From: Daphnia carinata | Lineage: Eukaryota | DNA: 64,000 bases | Assembly (NCBI RefSeq): GCF_022539665.2 | Contig: NC_081331.1 | Span: forward strand, 8,742,001-8,806,000 | Direction: 5' to 3' | In this document: in pieces, positions 37,401 to 54,393 of the stretch | Layout: each line of letters starts with the position of its first letter | How positions within the stretch are numbered: the stretch's first letter is position 1 | Made by a program: the position numbers and the translations under genes | Notes under the pieces: model-generated | Seen by the model: only the letters and a program-made list of their open reading frames with translations | Told to the model about the DNA's origin: nothing | The model's database searches: none

Positions 37401-40008
37401 AGCTCTCTTCTCTTTTTACTCTCCTTACGCTCTCTATCTCCTTCCACTCTGTCTGCTTGGCCTCTCTCTCTCTCTCCTACTCTTTCTGTCTTTTTATTTT
37501 CTGTGTGTTCTCCTTCAGCTTTTCTTCCTCCGCGTTATAACGCCAATTGCGTGCGACATCTTTCCAGCACCTCCCGCGTTTCCACCCGACCCTACTACTA
37601 CTACCCTTCGCGCGACTCGATCAATACGTGAACGTTAGGGCGGCGTCTGTCCGATTCTCGTCTTCCTCGTACATCTCCTTCTCTTCGCTCCGTTCCCCTC
37701 CCCTTTCTCCGCCTTCCTCATCATCTGCTCGTCTCTACTGTTGCGTTCTCTTTTTTTTTTTACTTCGTTTTCGTGTTGATTTCTTTGCGTATGGGTGCAG
37801 AATGTTGTTGGTTTGTCTGGACGCTACTCGGAAGAGAGTTGTCCATCCAGTCGATTGGGACACACCGCCACACGACGGTGGTAATGTATTTGGGATAAAA
37901 TCAACGAATTTCGCGCTTTCTTTTTATTAAAATTTGACTGACGAATAAGAAAAGGGTACACCAACATTCGGTTTAAAAAAAAAAAGAAAGGAAAACAAAA
38001 TTCACAAAAGACATGGAACTGTGTCTTGCGTTAGAAACAGGGGATATCATGACGAGCTGAGAAAGCGTCGGTAGGTGGTCCAGTTTCAGGCCGGATGTGG
38101 AAGGAGGGAGAAGGTGGAAAGAGGAGTGGCAAGCGGGCCACACGTATTGATTTGGTAAAAGTCGGAGGTTGGGTTGACGGGGTGGCTGTGCGTGTGAGGC
38201 ACGAGAAGACTGGCGCATTTCAGGCACGAAGGGAGGAGGGTTGAAATCGTCAAGTGAAAGACGTCGCGCAATGGCGGTGCCACTTTGAACTACTCTGTTT
38301 CTACCGCGTTACATGCCCCCGTTCCCTCTGTCTCCCTGTCGTTGTACGGTGGTGCGCTTTGGTCGGGTTGTCTACAGCATCGCGAGCGTCCGTCATCTCG
38401 TTTCGACTTGACGCACTCCTGGCTGGCGTGCCTATCGATGTGGCAAGGCAGAGACGAAAAGCCTTCAACGGAAAAGGCGCGTGTTTGGTCATTTGACGGC
38501 CATCCCGAATCACTTGATTGCCGCAGATCGTTACCAGTGCATTCCGAGTGTTGGTTGCTAGACTGATTTCGACAACGCCACAGCACTTACCAGTGAATTC
38601 AATGGTTGAGTGACAAGGTGTGTCTGTGTGCGTGTGTGTGTGAAATGCTTTTCGTTCCATTTTTTTTTTTTACCACACGTTTCGAAACATCCACAGGCGG
38701 TGTTGACGTCGATTGCCAATCTAATCATTTTTCTAATTGACATAACGAATATTGAACGTGTCGCTGACTTGTAGCAAAACCGCAGCGTATTTCTTTTTGT
38801 GTTTTAGGGTTCGTTTGAAACGAATTCGCTCGCCATTCGTACTCTTCATGTCCAATCTGTTTTCTTGGGTTGTCCTACTTCGCTCGAAAAGTGGTGTCGT
38901 ATCGAACTAGGGCGAGTCCACTTTTTTTTTCAGATAGGGAAAACCGAAAACAAAAGATTGCATGTGGCCAATGGGTTTCGGATTTTGACGGCTTGCAGCC
39001 ACGCCCAAAGCGAGATAGTCAGATTAGTAGAAATCTAGCGATGTGCCTGTACCAATCAGCTTTAAACGCGATGACATTTCGGCCACCGTCTCTTTAAGTT
39101 CCTTTCTACCATGAAAGTTAATTGTGACGCGTTCCTTTTTCCACCCAATTACGGCTTTCAAATTGTTAATTAGCGTTTTCTTCTGCAGTGTTAGCCTCTT
39201 GATGGCAGCTCGTCATTTCGCATAGCATGATATATTCTCAAATTGTCGTAAAAAAAGAAAACGAAATGTCGGTGCTATAATTGCTTGCAGTGCATACGGT
39301 TCGTTTTTTTTTTTTTTTTCCTTTTTTTTATTACATATCCTTTCCCTTTTTTTCTGTCTGTTCTTTTGCCGTTTTGCTCGCGTTCCGGGATCCACGCCGT
39401 CTATAAACGCGCGCATAATCGGCGTGGCACCCCAGACTGTAGTATCGATCGCGATTGCTAGGGAGAGAGAGAGAGAGAGAGAAGTAGAATGAAAGAAGAA
39501 GAAGAAGAGTGGGAAGACGTTTCGTTGAAGGAGAGAGGAAGACAGAAAGAAAAAGAACAAAATAGGGGTCGTTGATATGCTGCAGTCCAATTCTTTATTC
39601 CGGTTTTCGAGTTATTTATTTATTTATTTTTTCTTTTCGTTTCTGTCCTCTTCCTTTCTTTCTTTCTTTTTGTATACAAAAGTCAAGAACCAATCAGCTT
39701 TGTTCCCTCTTTATTACACTAGCACCCTTGTTCCAGCCATTTCTCTGTAGCCAGATGAACTCTTCTTTCTCGTCCTTCCCGTTTTCCTCCTCGTTCTCTA
39801 CCTCTCGCCGTTTCCGTTTTCTTCAATGTGTCTCTCTTTGGTAAACGCACGGACTACAGCGTCCTTTCGTTGGAGACAACGACGAGTTTAGACGTCGGTC
39901 AAATATCGATTATTTTATATCTAATGGACTGTGTTTCTGCTTTTCTTTTTTTTTTCTTTCGATGTTATGCAGATTCTTCTCCTCCCCACCCCGCCTTAGC
40001 GTGCCAGT

Positions 40009-41761
<1,753 letters not shown>

Positions 41762-44700
41762 CCTGTCCTCGTTTCGTGCAATCACCCGCGTTGCGGCCTC
41801 ACCCACTTTGCTATCAATCGCAGTTTCTAATTTATTGACACCTACTTGACGCACACAGCAGGAGAGAAGAGCATGATCCATCATAGAAATCGCGGGAAAG
41901 ATGTTCCACAATCCAATCCAACACCCAAACCCTTCCCTCCCCTCCCCCCCCCTTCATAACCATTTTTTTTTTCAGCCATCTTTAGCCAAGGAAGCCCAAA
42001 AGAAAGAAAATCAACAATGGATGAAAATAACAAATTAATCGCGTAAATTTTGAGCCCCCTTCGTTCTCGACAGGACCGAGTCGCCACTGTGATTGAAGTA
42101 GTTTCAAGTTGTGACTCCTGTTGACGCCTCGTTTCAGTTAGTCTCTCGCCCACTCGTCTCTTTTCATTTCGTTCTCCATTTTTAATTTCCTATTCTTTTC
42201 TCTGCCCGACACATCAGTCGAATATTCGACAGATTTTCAACATTTTTCCCTTATAGAAAGCTGCTGTATGGAAAGATGATTGCCTTCCTTCATCCCACAT
42301 CTCCCTAAAACCGAAACACACAAAAAGCACAAAAAAAAAAGAAACTAAACAAACAAGCAATGCCCTCTTTCCAGGCCTTTTCTTGGCCTCCAAACTCGAT
42401 CGCTTCTTGGATTGCGGTCCAAGACAAAAGGCCATTTACGAACCAGAAGCGCAGCAAACAATTGAAAACAGTAGCACAAAGTTGTCAGCTGGGGTATAAG
42501 GTTTCACACAATGTCGCTCTCTCCTTTTCCGCTCGCGGCCCAACCCTCCCTCCCTCCCCACACCAACACACACACATACACACATATACGCACACATTGA
42601 TCCCATTTCTGTTTCGCTCAGGCCAATGAATAAAAAAGAAAATTCATTCGTCATTTCCTCCATGCGTAGACTCGATAGAGGACGCGTCGCTTCGTTCGTG
42701 CAGGATGTGTCTAGTCAACAACACCATCATTCATAACTTCTTATCGTGCTTGTCTAATGGGTTTTTCCGCACTTTCGTTTTGGTTTCCCGTCTTGGCTTT
42801 TTTCGGGCAGGGGTAGGCGGTGATTATTTTTTCCTTCTCCTCCTTGCTCTGATTATTACTTTATTATTATTTTTTTTTTTTTTTTTCATCTTTTATTTCT
42901 TTGATTCGATTATCATTTTTTTTTTTTTTTTTTTTCTTAACCCTCCATACAGTCCTTAACTTCGTCATTTACTATCGTGTACAAGAGAAACGCTTCGGAG
43001 TTTTCAATTCGCCAGTGCCGAGTTTTATTAATGAATCGGGTGGGAAGGGGGAAATAAGTGGTTCAATGAATTTCTGCCCCAATTTTTTATTTATTTTTTT
43101 TTTCTCATTTTTGTCAAAATCTCATCGTGAAAAGAAAACGACGAGTTCGCTTTGGGACCACAGGCACAGCGGACTGGTTTGAGATGCTTATCCTTCCATT
43201 TTATTTAGTGGTTTTTCCAAAAAAAAAAAAAATTGACTATCATCCAAATTTCCCGCATCGGAAACAGAATAGCACAAAGTCTGATTTCGTTCAACCATCG
43301 TTCGCCAAGAGTAGGAAGTTGATCTTGGACTATTTCATGCGCACAGGATAATGTTTCGTTCGTTGGCTAGTTTTTTTTTTCTCCCACATCTTCATTTTCT
43401 CAGTTCAAGGAATCGTCATCTCTCACGCCCCCGTCGAAATAGCAACACAAAAGCGTTTACGTGCGGCCTCCTCCTCCTTCCTATGGTTCTCTTTTCTGAT
43501 TTTTTTTTTTCTTTCCTCCTTTAACTTTCCTTTTTATTTTCTCGAATGCCCTAATAGATGAAGAAATAATGCGAACGTGGAAGGCGAGGGTAAAATTCTC
43601 TGTGTAGTTGAGTCATTCAGCTTTTATTACCATGCGGTATCATCCGAATAGGAATCGAAACAAAAAGAAAAAAAGCCCAAAAAAATGTAATAGTGAAAAT
43701 TTAAAAAATTTAAGAAAAAAAAAAAAACAAAAAAAAAACAAACAAAAATAACAAGAGATAATAAAACAAGGCCAGCGTCTACAACTGCCCAATGACCGGA
43801 CCACCTTTGACGGGGACTGGAAAAGAAGCTGTACAGTAGAAATGGAAGATTTGTCTTTGTTTTTGTTTCTATCCGTGAGGCAGTTCCTTTGTTTATGATT
43901 CATATGTTCTTTTGTTCATTTTTTTTTTTCTCCTGACTTTCTGAGCGTGTATCTAACGTACAGGTGCGGTACTAGCTAATCGCACCAATGCTAGCACCGC
44001 ATCCGTATATTGAAAGGACGCGCTTCGTTATTGAAAAACAAGCCAAGTTTGACTTCCAAGTGCTTGTGACGAACTAGTCGCACGACTCTTTAGCCGCCCA
44101 CCTTTGCTCAAAGTCGTGCTCGGGCTCAGGACTACTCCGTCGCAAGACCTTGGAACTAACTTGAATTGCGTGTGTATGGACTTTGGATTTTCTTCTCGAA
44201 CCCCCTTCAATGGCAAAATGTGTGTTCGTCCTGCCCACTCCTCCTTCTGCCTATTCCCCCCCCCCCCCCCCCATCCTGTCCCAGCCCAAAACTTTTTGCT
44301 TAGACAGTATATCGGTAGATTTAACCAGCTCTTATTCACTCGGTTTTTTCCTGCGTTACGTTCCCCCTCCCTTCGCCCATTGAATTTTAAATTGTTCCCC
44401 TAAGAGAACGTGAACCACGACACGAAACATTTTGAGGGGTTGTACAGTTTCCTGCCCTGCTACATCCCCACGTTGGCCGGTCTCTCTTCGTATTTACATG
44501 ATAACCTCACTTTTCATTTCATTCTCTTTTCCATCTTCTTTTTTCTCTTTATTTTCTATCTTGCTACTTCTTCAAACCTTTAGAACCGAACAACTTACTT
44601 GATTGAATGATTTTTCTCTTTTCACATTCTCGGACATTCATTAAGAAAAACCGTTAATGATCGAGTGCTTCAAATCAATTCTTTTTTTGTCCTAATTCAT

Positions 44701-44762
44701 TCTTGGTTGTTTATCTCGTGTGTAACGTTTAAAGGAACAAAAAGAAAACAACAAAAGGAACA

Positions 44763-44796
<34 letters not shown>

Positions 44797-45953
44797 CTTT
44801 CTCCTCATTTTCTTTGTTGTTGTGTGGGTAAAAATGTCACTTCATGTGTATTCTAAGTGAAAATGTACGAAAGAGGCTCGCGGACGACGACATGAGACCC
44901 CCACATATGTAAGGATGTAAGGATGCAAAAGTTGTCCTACGTAGCATGTGACAGGAAGGTGGGCGATTAGAGGGGGGAAACGCATCCAGGCGATAGAACG
45001 AACGTTATTGAGAGCGTAAAGAAACAGATGAAATGGGGTAAAAAAAAAAAACAGCAGATAGGAAGGAAGAAAAAAAAAGCGCTTATAAGGATTGCGATGC
45101 TATCGACATGCTATGCTCTATCCCGAAGTTTCTTGTATGGCGCTCGATTACGAGCTATTAATTCCCGCTTTCATTCAAGGTCCAAAATAATTTGATTTTA
45201 ACTCAATTTTTTTTTTTTCAATAAGCCCCATTTTTATTAACTTTCCTTTGGTTGGCTTTTCAAACTTCGTCTCGTGTCGTCCTTTCCCCCCGACCTCTTA
45301 CCTGGGTTATCTCCTCAGTTGAGCTGCTGTGAGGAAACGCAAAAGCACATACAGCTTTCTAAAGTCTTGTTTGTGATTCGTCTCCGACTTGTCTAATAAA
45401 GCTAATTGTCATTTAAATCTTGGATGGAACACCTTACTGAAAAGAATGAAACCAGAAAGTCATAGTGCACTAATTATTAAAAAAAAAATTTTATTTATTT
45501 TTGCTTTGTTTTATTATTATTTATAAGCGCTGTTTGTGAGGATAAGTTATCAGTCCTTTGTACTGATGCATCTTCAAGGATTCGTCACCTTACTTCCTGA
45601 TGCTCATGGGTGTTAGTTTTGGAACATAGTGTGCCGAATCTCGAAGAACCTCTTTTGCTTTATAGTTGTGTAACTGACATCTCTTTTATTCATCTTATAT
45701 TTTCTTCAGCTTATGTAATTCATATTGCATATTTCGTATCAACTTGCGACAAGCTAAGTGCCGTTCACATGTTACGTAGGGCGGTTAGGGTTAGGTTCTT
45801 TAAAAATGGTACGGATAGTAACGGCGGGCGGGTTTTCGAAATGTTTCTTGGCAAATAAAAATCTCTAATTTCACAGAAAATGGTCAAATACTTTTGCAGC
45901 CTTCATTACCCAAGATAAAAAGCGTGTTATGAATTTGGGTTGGGTGTGGATAT

Positions 45954-46229
45954 TGTCACACTTGTATTGTGTATGCAGGACAGAATCAAACAACAAGTGA
46001 TGATTTAAACTAAACAACGGCTGAATTAAGACCTAAAAAGGATAAAAATTTATCCAGACTAGGAAAAGCTCTAAAGACCTCTAGGGAACCAAGGGAATCG
46101 TTTTAAAAATTCAGTCATACCTAACCATTCGTTTAATACTGCCCATAACATCTACACCTTTGTTTTTTCTTATCCAACTTAACTACCCCATCGTTTAATA
46201 GAGCCAGACACACCGACTCCTTTGTTACA
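45954..46229 (-). mobile_element. Diverged or deleted solo-LTR-like sequence
   Basis: TGTCACA...TGTTACA termini; patches (CAAGTGATGA, AAGACCTCTAGGGAA) match the reverse complement of 18640-19030; no clean TSD. Confidence 0.45.
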
Positions 46230-48012
46230 GATTTTCAAAATGTATTCATTGAGACCGGCTCCAGTCTACCTCTGAAAGCCAGCACACTTTTTTGACATCT
46301 GGTCCAGAAGAAGATAAGGGTGAGGAATAACAGGGCCACTTCCCAGATGATCGTTGCGCTAGGTCTAACAAAAGCAAGCTGCAGTAATCGTAATTTGTCA
46401 ATAGCAAAAAAAATTCCTCCTTTTGTTGCATTTAAACGGTTCACGTAGTCGGCACATGTTGTGTTTATCCCAATACATTTTTGGTGATCGTGTAAGTTTT
46501 TAGTAATTGAATGAGGACCGACGGGCGAAGCGTGTGAATGAGAGGACCAACGTTTCAAGTCTATGGGAGGAGATATATGGTGCGGTTAGACGGGGAGAAA
46601 CAGCGTTTGGGTCGACGGGCAGAGACGAAGGGCGGGTTGACGGCTAAACGTGAGGACCCAATTTGCTCAGCAAAACATGCCCAGCCTACCAATTCGGAAA
46701 ATGGTCTTCCCAAATCTTGCTTTGGCGACTATTTTTTCATGGCGAACCGCGTGTAAACCGGTTATTTGCGAACTGACACCGACACTTATAAGTGTTGTGT
46801 ATAGGCTCGGCCCCGATCAGTCGCTATTGGACGACCCATTTTGACCCCGTCCCGAAAAACGTCGATTCAGGTCGGATTGGCTTGGCTATTTTTCCAGGTG
46901 TTACGCAGAGTCAAGTAATCGGGTTCAATCCGGGTGATCCGGCGTTTTCTTGTAATATGGCGGCTTAAAAGGTAACTACTTAAAAAAGTGTCCTGGTTGG
47001 CAAAATGACAATTGAGTTTTATGTTGATAATCGACAATTCGATCAACTATGTCCGTATTGAGAATTAACTGCTAGCGACCTGGAAAAACCATCCGATTAT
47101 AACCTGGCAGGACACGGGTATTTAAAAAAAAATAGCTTTTAACCCGGCTGACCCTCCCTCCTTTCCCCGAAAGCCAAAATAACCCGCCCGATCAGCAAAA
47201 AGTAGACCCGATCTACGTGTGCCGAGTCCGAAAGCCGTAGACAAATTAGGGGGAAAAAAAATAATTAAAATTTCAGCTAAAATATACAATGAAGATAACT
47301 CCTTAGTTCACTCCAGACGTTTGCATAGGAAAACTGGATGGGTACGTAGAAAGAGCCTACCAGCAGGCTAAAACGTTCTAAATACCGTCTGTACTGGGAC
47401 GTCAGCTGATATTTGGTTGGAATGTAACCAAGCAGTTAACACATGCGCATCTAGCGGCAAAGGAAGAACTATGTCTTGTTTCGGCCAATTGCAGCATAAG
47501 ATAATTCGTTTTCCACAGGACCATACTATATCCATACTATTTCAGAGTTCAGAGTTGCTCCTCCTCTTTCCCTACTTGATGGTACCATCAACGCCCTGTT
47601 CCGTCTTTGTCATTTACTAAACGAAAAATATAGAAAATATTTTTTGGAGAGTAAAGGTAATTATTATTTAAATCTTCAATGAACGTAGTCGGCTTCCTGT
47701 GCAATCCAGACGCATTGCGCATGAAATCAGTGAATTCGTAATATAATTGTTTTTTGGCAGTCGCTGCAGAAACTCGAACAAGCAAGCAAATCATTATCGT
47801 CTAAAAAGGAATAACTTCAACTAGATTATTTTGTGTTTATTTATTCAGACTGCCAACAGCTAGTTTTCTTTTGTTTGTAAGATTTGTTTATAATTTTTTT
47901 GGTCTGAAAACGTCAGTTTCATTTTTGAAAACAGGGATTGGATACCAACGCTTATGCAGCTGCATGAAGAATTATAATTTTTCTTTTGAAAGTCACCATC
48001 TACAAGGTCAAA

Positions 48013-51000
48013 ATGGAGAATGTTGGTAATATAGGTAGCCGTAAACGTGTGGCAGGGAACCATTATTCAGCAGAAGAGCAGGCTTTGGATCAGATAGCAA
48101 AAGAGGTGTGTGGTATTAAACTTTACTGACAAATTCTTGGTACTATGTATACATCTTTATAGGCAGAGTCCAGGCTTGTAGCAAGAAGGCTTGCTAGGGC
48201 AGAAGCACGTGAAATTCGAATGAGAGAACTTGAAAAACAGCAGAAAGAAATGGAGGAAAATGCTGATCGTCAGTTTACTGCTGAAAGTGGCATAGGTAAA
48301 TTTTCAATCTGAACAACTAGTTTTGCATTTAGGATCTTTTATTTTGTGTTAATGTAACACCAGAAACAAACCCAAAACTACAAGTAAACAGAACTATTAG
48401 CGCTGGTGTAACTTCAGCAGTAAATAGACCTATGCTTGGAACATCAGCCAGTTTCCAGTCCAGTCGCAGAGGTTCAGAAGACTCTATAGATGATATTCCA
48501 GGACAATCAATGACTTTAAGAGATCTTCGGGTATGTTTTTACTTGTGCCATTTGCTCAATGTATTATCATTGCTTACTGTACACAATTTCTGTGATATGC
48601 AGCAAGAACTTAAAGAATTAGAAGAGAAATTTCGAAAAGCTATGGTACAGAATGCCCAGTCTGATAATGAAAAGGCTTCTTTGATATATCAAGTGGAATT
48701 ATTCAAAGACAAAATTGAAGATATGGATGAAGCATATGCTCTTCTTCAAGTAAAAAACCGTTCTGTAATTCTCAAATCATAAATCTTTTTACCGCTTGCC
48801 TTTATGCATTCGTAGAAAGAACACAAAGATAAGCATCGCGAGTGCGAAGACTCTAAGAGAGATATGGCGAGAATCCAGCAAGAGCTTAATTATAACAGGT
48901 ATCTTCTTGAGGAGCGTGATAAAATGATTCAGGTTGGTCATTGTTTGGATTTTGTCATTAATTTTGCGCTGATTCTTAATTGAACTATTAGGAACATGGT
49001 TTAGTTATGATCGGTGATGACGAAGAGGGTGATGACAACGGACCTACCACCATAACCAATACTGTAAAGAAAGTCTTAGTCTCAGCCGATGTGGCTGCGT
49101 TGTTGGGAAAGGCCGGTGATGGATCTCTCGGTAAGTCGCAACTTATACATGGTAATAGTTATGAAATTTGGAGAGACTGCTAAGAACTTTCCGTACAAAA
49201 TGTGTGGATGTTTTTTGTTGGCATCCTTCTAAACGTGTCAAGAATTTGCAGTTCAAATAGGTGAAGTAGATGAATAGAAACTTCTGCATTGTCACATAGT
49301 CAACATATAAAGGGGAAAAAAGTTTAAAAAACATTTACCTAATACGGTGTGTCAATCATTAAATTCTCTATCGTTGAATAAATTTTACTTAGACGTACGG
49401 ATTCGTCGACTGACTGAAGAGAAAAACGAGTTATGTGACCAATTACGACGACTTAAACTGGACTTAGAAGAAGAACGCACAAAATCGTTATACCGAGAAC
49501 GGCTTGTTTCTGGCTCTACCGTTAACGTGACTAATGGTCCCGCTGGTGATCTTACGGAATGGCAGAGTAAGGACTTGTTGGCATACTTTGTTTATTTAAG
49601 AATACCGCAATGTAAGCATATCAATGTATCTTAGAGGAAGCAGTTACAAAACAGGTTAATGACTACAAGATCAAACTCCAGAAAGCTGACCAAGAAATTG
49701 CAACTCTTCAAGCAACGGTTTGTTCTTTAAAAAAATTATTGTAAGTTGTATTTTACTAGCTGTGTCATCCCAAAAAGGTTGCCCGTCTAGAAACACAAGT
49801 GACTCGATTCAAGGTGGCTGCCGAAGCGTCGGAAAAATCCGAAGATGAATTGAAAGCTGAAAAACGTAAACTTCAAAGAGAGGTAAAATTGATTTTAGTT
49901 TACAAACTCAATCATTTGAAACCGATTACCTGAGCCTCCTCCTAGCTACGAGAATTAAAACAACTCCTCGATGAAACGGACACGGCGCGTCGTACACTAC
50001 AGCGCCAGTATGACAAGCTGAAACATGGGCGTTAGAGCTCTCATTTCGCACAGATCGTCTTCAAATTTTAGTTTTCTTTTCCCAGTAAAAGTAACCGTAA
50101 CTTTCACAATATGGGATTACTGAATCAAACACTACAGGTGGGATGTTATAGCAGGCATTCTTGCATGGGAATGAGTGTGTAGGCTGACATAACTTATCGA
50201 TGTAGCATAAGTTACCAACCTAGGCGTTTGATACATAGTACCTTCCGTGCCAGTAACACTTCTTTTCTGCTACGATCCATATCATGCCTTCGTAATTCTT
50301 CTCTTAAATGCCTTGTGTACCACAGCTTCTAAGCCATTTCATGATGCCTCTCGGACTTCATAAAATTGACCTTAACATCATTTGTAGGCGGAGGAGACAA
50401 TTAAAATTCTAAAGGAACTTACCTGTGACGTAGAAAGTAGAGTATGATACCTGTGCTAATAATATTTTCATTGCGAGTTACAATCTTGTAAAAGAAAGGG
50501 CGGGGGCAGGGTTGAGGCTTTGCCTTTTAACTTACAATGTTGTATTCATTTGAGATGTTCTATAAATTAGTGCAGGATTACAGAAAACAAAATAGAGCCA
50601 GCGGCAGAAAAAGTGGTTGAATAACTTTACCCACTTTCTTGTACTTCTATTATGTGATGTTTCTTTGTGCAAGATAAGCTGCATCATCGAACGAGAAGGG
50701 TTGATCTTTTGCATCCGCTATGTTTAGTGCATGTCGCCCCACTAATAACGTTCTTAGTTGTTACAGAATTCCTTTCAAGACGACTGTATGTGATGCTCTG
50801 TAGGTTAAAGCAGCTTGAAAGATTAGTTATTAACTTCTCAATTAGTTACCTTAGGTAAATCATTGCTAACTGTATACATAAGTTTGCTACGCATTCCCCA
50901 CCTTGCCTACTGGTACGTGATCTTAAAAGTATAATGTAGCATTTTACTTACTAAGGATGAAATTGCCGAGAAATGTTTTTTTGCTTAATAAAATTTTAAT

Positions 51001-51214
51001 GTTCGCACTAGGGCCACTAATATTTAACTTTGTTATAGCGATTTATGTGTTTAATTTATTATTTTCTTTCTACTTACTTGGTATTGATTTTTTTTTTCTA
51101 CAGCTAAGAGAGACCCAAACAAAAATGGAAGAACTTGAGACCTCGCACAATCACCTGCAGCGGCGGTTGGATAAGTTGAAAACTGCAAAATCGGCTCTTT
51201 TAAAAGAAATTTGA
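48013..51214 (+). CDS. LRRFIP2: Leucine-rich repeat flightless-interacting protein (LRRFIP1/2 family), multi-exon
   Basis: [97 protein letters not shown]...[10 protein letters not shown]. Confidence 0.93.
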
Positions 51215-53224
51215 ATTCAGACTTTCCAAGCTTTACTACCTAGCCTTATACTCGTTATTTATTTTCGTTGTACGATGAATTAAAAGACAATACCTTTGGT
51301 CGCCGTACGTCCCTTTGATGATTTCTTTTTGTGTGAGAGACCTTATAGTCGAATAACCCGTTATCGACGCATTTAATAAGCCAGTGCTCTTTATGTCAGT
51401 TCATTGTGTGCTAGTGAATGTTTTGCTTAATTTAATCAATTAAAGCAGTTGATCTTAGTCGCCATATGCCTGAAAAGGAAACCATATTCGTTTTCTATTG
51501 GCTTTGTTTTCTGTGCAGAAAACCTGCTGGCGTCTTTAACTGAATAACCATACTGGTGTTTTCGATGTATTTGTGGCATTAAAAAAGCAGATTCTGTAAT
51601 GTGAAAAGTGAAATGATTGTGATACATTGAATCGAATTATACACAGCTCTAGTATATTTGAATAAATCAGGGGTTAGCAACTGATTTAACAGCCGTGTCC
51701 GCGACCAAAAATGAACACGAATCTTCAGCTAAGTATATGGGTTTTAAGCGGTTTTAAGTCACAATAAAGAATTTGGCGCCAAATATTGTGGATCTTATTG
51801 TGCCATAGTTGAAAACGGTACCTTAACGCCAAATCAAAGCGAAAAATTCTAAATTTACTGTAAACTCTTCCAAACCCCCATTAAAATTTGATGGAAAGGT
51901 TGGAAACATCTCGTACACTTACAAAATGAATCAAGTTTTTCATTGGAGAATCAGTCATGATTCTAGAACCTCGTGCATCTCGCCAAAGACTTTTACACCC
52001 CTCGGCAACATCCAAATCAAAAATAGATCCAAAAAGAATATGATCTCGTTACAAACTTTGAAGACCTTACCACACGTTGTCAGACTCGATGCACGCTTTA
52101 GAGATAATGGGTATAAAAAATAGAACACAAAAGAAAAAGAAAAAAAAAAGAAGAAAGAAAGGAAGATGAACACTTCAACGGAAAATAACATAATGCATTT
52201 TACGCCGTTCTTTTTCCTGTTACGTTGCTTTTACATATGCAGAAAAACGCTAGACAAGGAAAACCATTTTAAAGAATATACCATATACTACGGTATATTC
52301 TAGTAAGTGAGTGTGCTCATTTTTAAAAACAAAGGAATGCCAATGAAACTATTTTCGTATTGACCATTTTCCATTCAGCTTGCATGTGAAGTTGTATATT
52401 TTTTTTTTCAAAGGAACTGAAAATCCACAGTTAATTTTTACATGCTTGTTAAATGTACTGAGCCTTTGAAGTCAAGTCAAAATGAAATTTGTCACTAACA
52501 TTTTTTATGACGAAATTTTTAAAAAGTTGGTAAGAGCATTTATAATATGTGTACTGCACCATGTGTAATACAAATCAGGAATAATTTTGCATAAAGGAGA
52601 TCAAAAGAGAAAGAGTGATTTTTCAGCACATGTTAACGTCACATACTCATTATATGATCTGGCAATACACTATTACATGATGCAGTATGTAATATTACAA
52701 ACAATTAACAGTTGCAATATGTATAGAAATACAGGTTTTGGTTAGATTAAAATGTTAAATGCTGAGATCCAAGGGATGATTTGGAACTACTCAAATGACC
52801 ATATTTTGTATATTTTCACAAGATTGTTCGCTCGACCCCCATGACAACACGGTTTAGTTACGCACTGTTTTTGTTGGTTTCTGAAACTCCTTACATGTTC
52901 TAAAGAAGAAATAATGTAAAGTGTACTTATGCCGTCCTAATTCAAGTTTATCAATTCATCATCATAGAAGACCTGCCTTTGTTTTCTACTTGTAGTTGAC
53001 ATAGAAAAGAGCAAGGGCTTTTAGGGAATATTTAACCTAAGCAACCAGATATTCATCGGCAACATGTGGAGGCAAAGCCTCCTTTCCGTAGCTGTGAAAA
53101 GATTAACCACTCAGATGACATGAATATGAAATGGAACACTGGATCACACCACTCGTGCAAAAAAAAAATGAAAACGAAAACAAAAGTATGATTCCTTGAG
53201 ATCATGAGTTTGAATATCCAGCAT

Positions 53225-54393
53225 TCAAGAATGGAATGTTGAAGTGCCATAAGATTTCAATTCACTGAAAATTTCGGTAAAAAAAGCGGGTTCGGAGTTC
53301 AACCGCAGCATGTCATTTGACAGTCGATCTATAATAGAGAGGCAGCGGTTCCAGAAACGACTCCGGTCGGAATCGACAAGAAATGGCTTGAGGGGATAAG
53401 AAATCTCATTACCCATGTACGAATACGACAAGTACAGACACGTCAGAACGATAGACTGCAGTTCTTGCTCAGACTCGACATTCTCGGTTACTATTGTTCT
53501 AACGATCAGGTAGACAAATACGACGTTTGACGGGTTGATGAAACCAATATCCTAAAATAAAATAAGCCAAGCCAGTTAGATACCTCTGGTATACATTTTT
53601 TTCTAGAATGATGTTTTACCTGCCATCCCTGTAGTAATAGACTGCGATCGACCATCCGGAGCCACATTACGGCATCTGCTGCTTGAAAATCTTTCAGTCG
53701 ACGACACCGGCGGTATAGGAAAACGCCAAAACAGCGGAGAAGTTCGGACGTCGATGCTTGGACAACTGTTTTCTTCGCTTTATTAACGGGTTTATTAAGA
53801 ACAATCGTTCTGTTATTATTGTTTTTGTTTGTGTCAGCAACTTGTTGGATTTTAGGTTCCCGTTTGTCTTCCATCTGAAATTTGTTTTCTATTTTCCGAC
53901 TCCCAGTGCAGACACCCTTCGAGTCGAACGGTGTTACCGACAGCATCAGCGGTGGACGAACAGTAGTTTTTGTTTGAAATGTCGGTTCAAAGTAGTCATT
54001 CGTTCTTAAAGTGTAACGTGCTTTTTGAATATTCTTGTTATTATCGAGCACAGGATGCACGTTATCCAACGGTGTTCGCAAGACAGACACGCGGTTGGAG
54101 ATAGTTGCATTGTGAATTTCCATTTTCTTTTTCTGGGTAGCAGGGTTAGAAAGTCGTTTCCAACTGAGCGAATTTATAAACGTTGATGACTTACGAAAAT
54201 TACGCTCCAGCTGACTGTCTCTTACATCGTTTTCGTTCCGAATAATTCCAACGTGAGATTTGTTATTTGGCTCATCCGTTTGGCTGGTGGTCGGATGCAA
54301 AATGGCGTCTTTACAGCAATGATGGTGATTTTGGGCGTCTGACGTGATGGCTGATCGAACGTCGCGAGCATTTAAGCTCATGACCATTCCCAT
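53225..54393 (-). CDS. CDK5R1: Cyclin-dependent kinase 5 activator p35; exons 54393-53620 and 53551-53225 (366 aa)
   Basis: Myristoylation-type start [90 protein letters not shown]. Confidence 0.96.

Noticed and set aside
37188..39850. Many 60-150 aa ORFs upstream of G-beta
   Set aside because: Derived from CT/GA microsatellite and poly-T sequence in a probable intron.
41800..44900. Phe-rich ORFs downstream of G-beta
   Set aside because: Poly-T tracts of a probable 3' UTR.
46780..47240. Possible MITE with ACCCG/CGGGT repeats
   Set aside because: Termini and TSD could not be defined with confidence.
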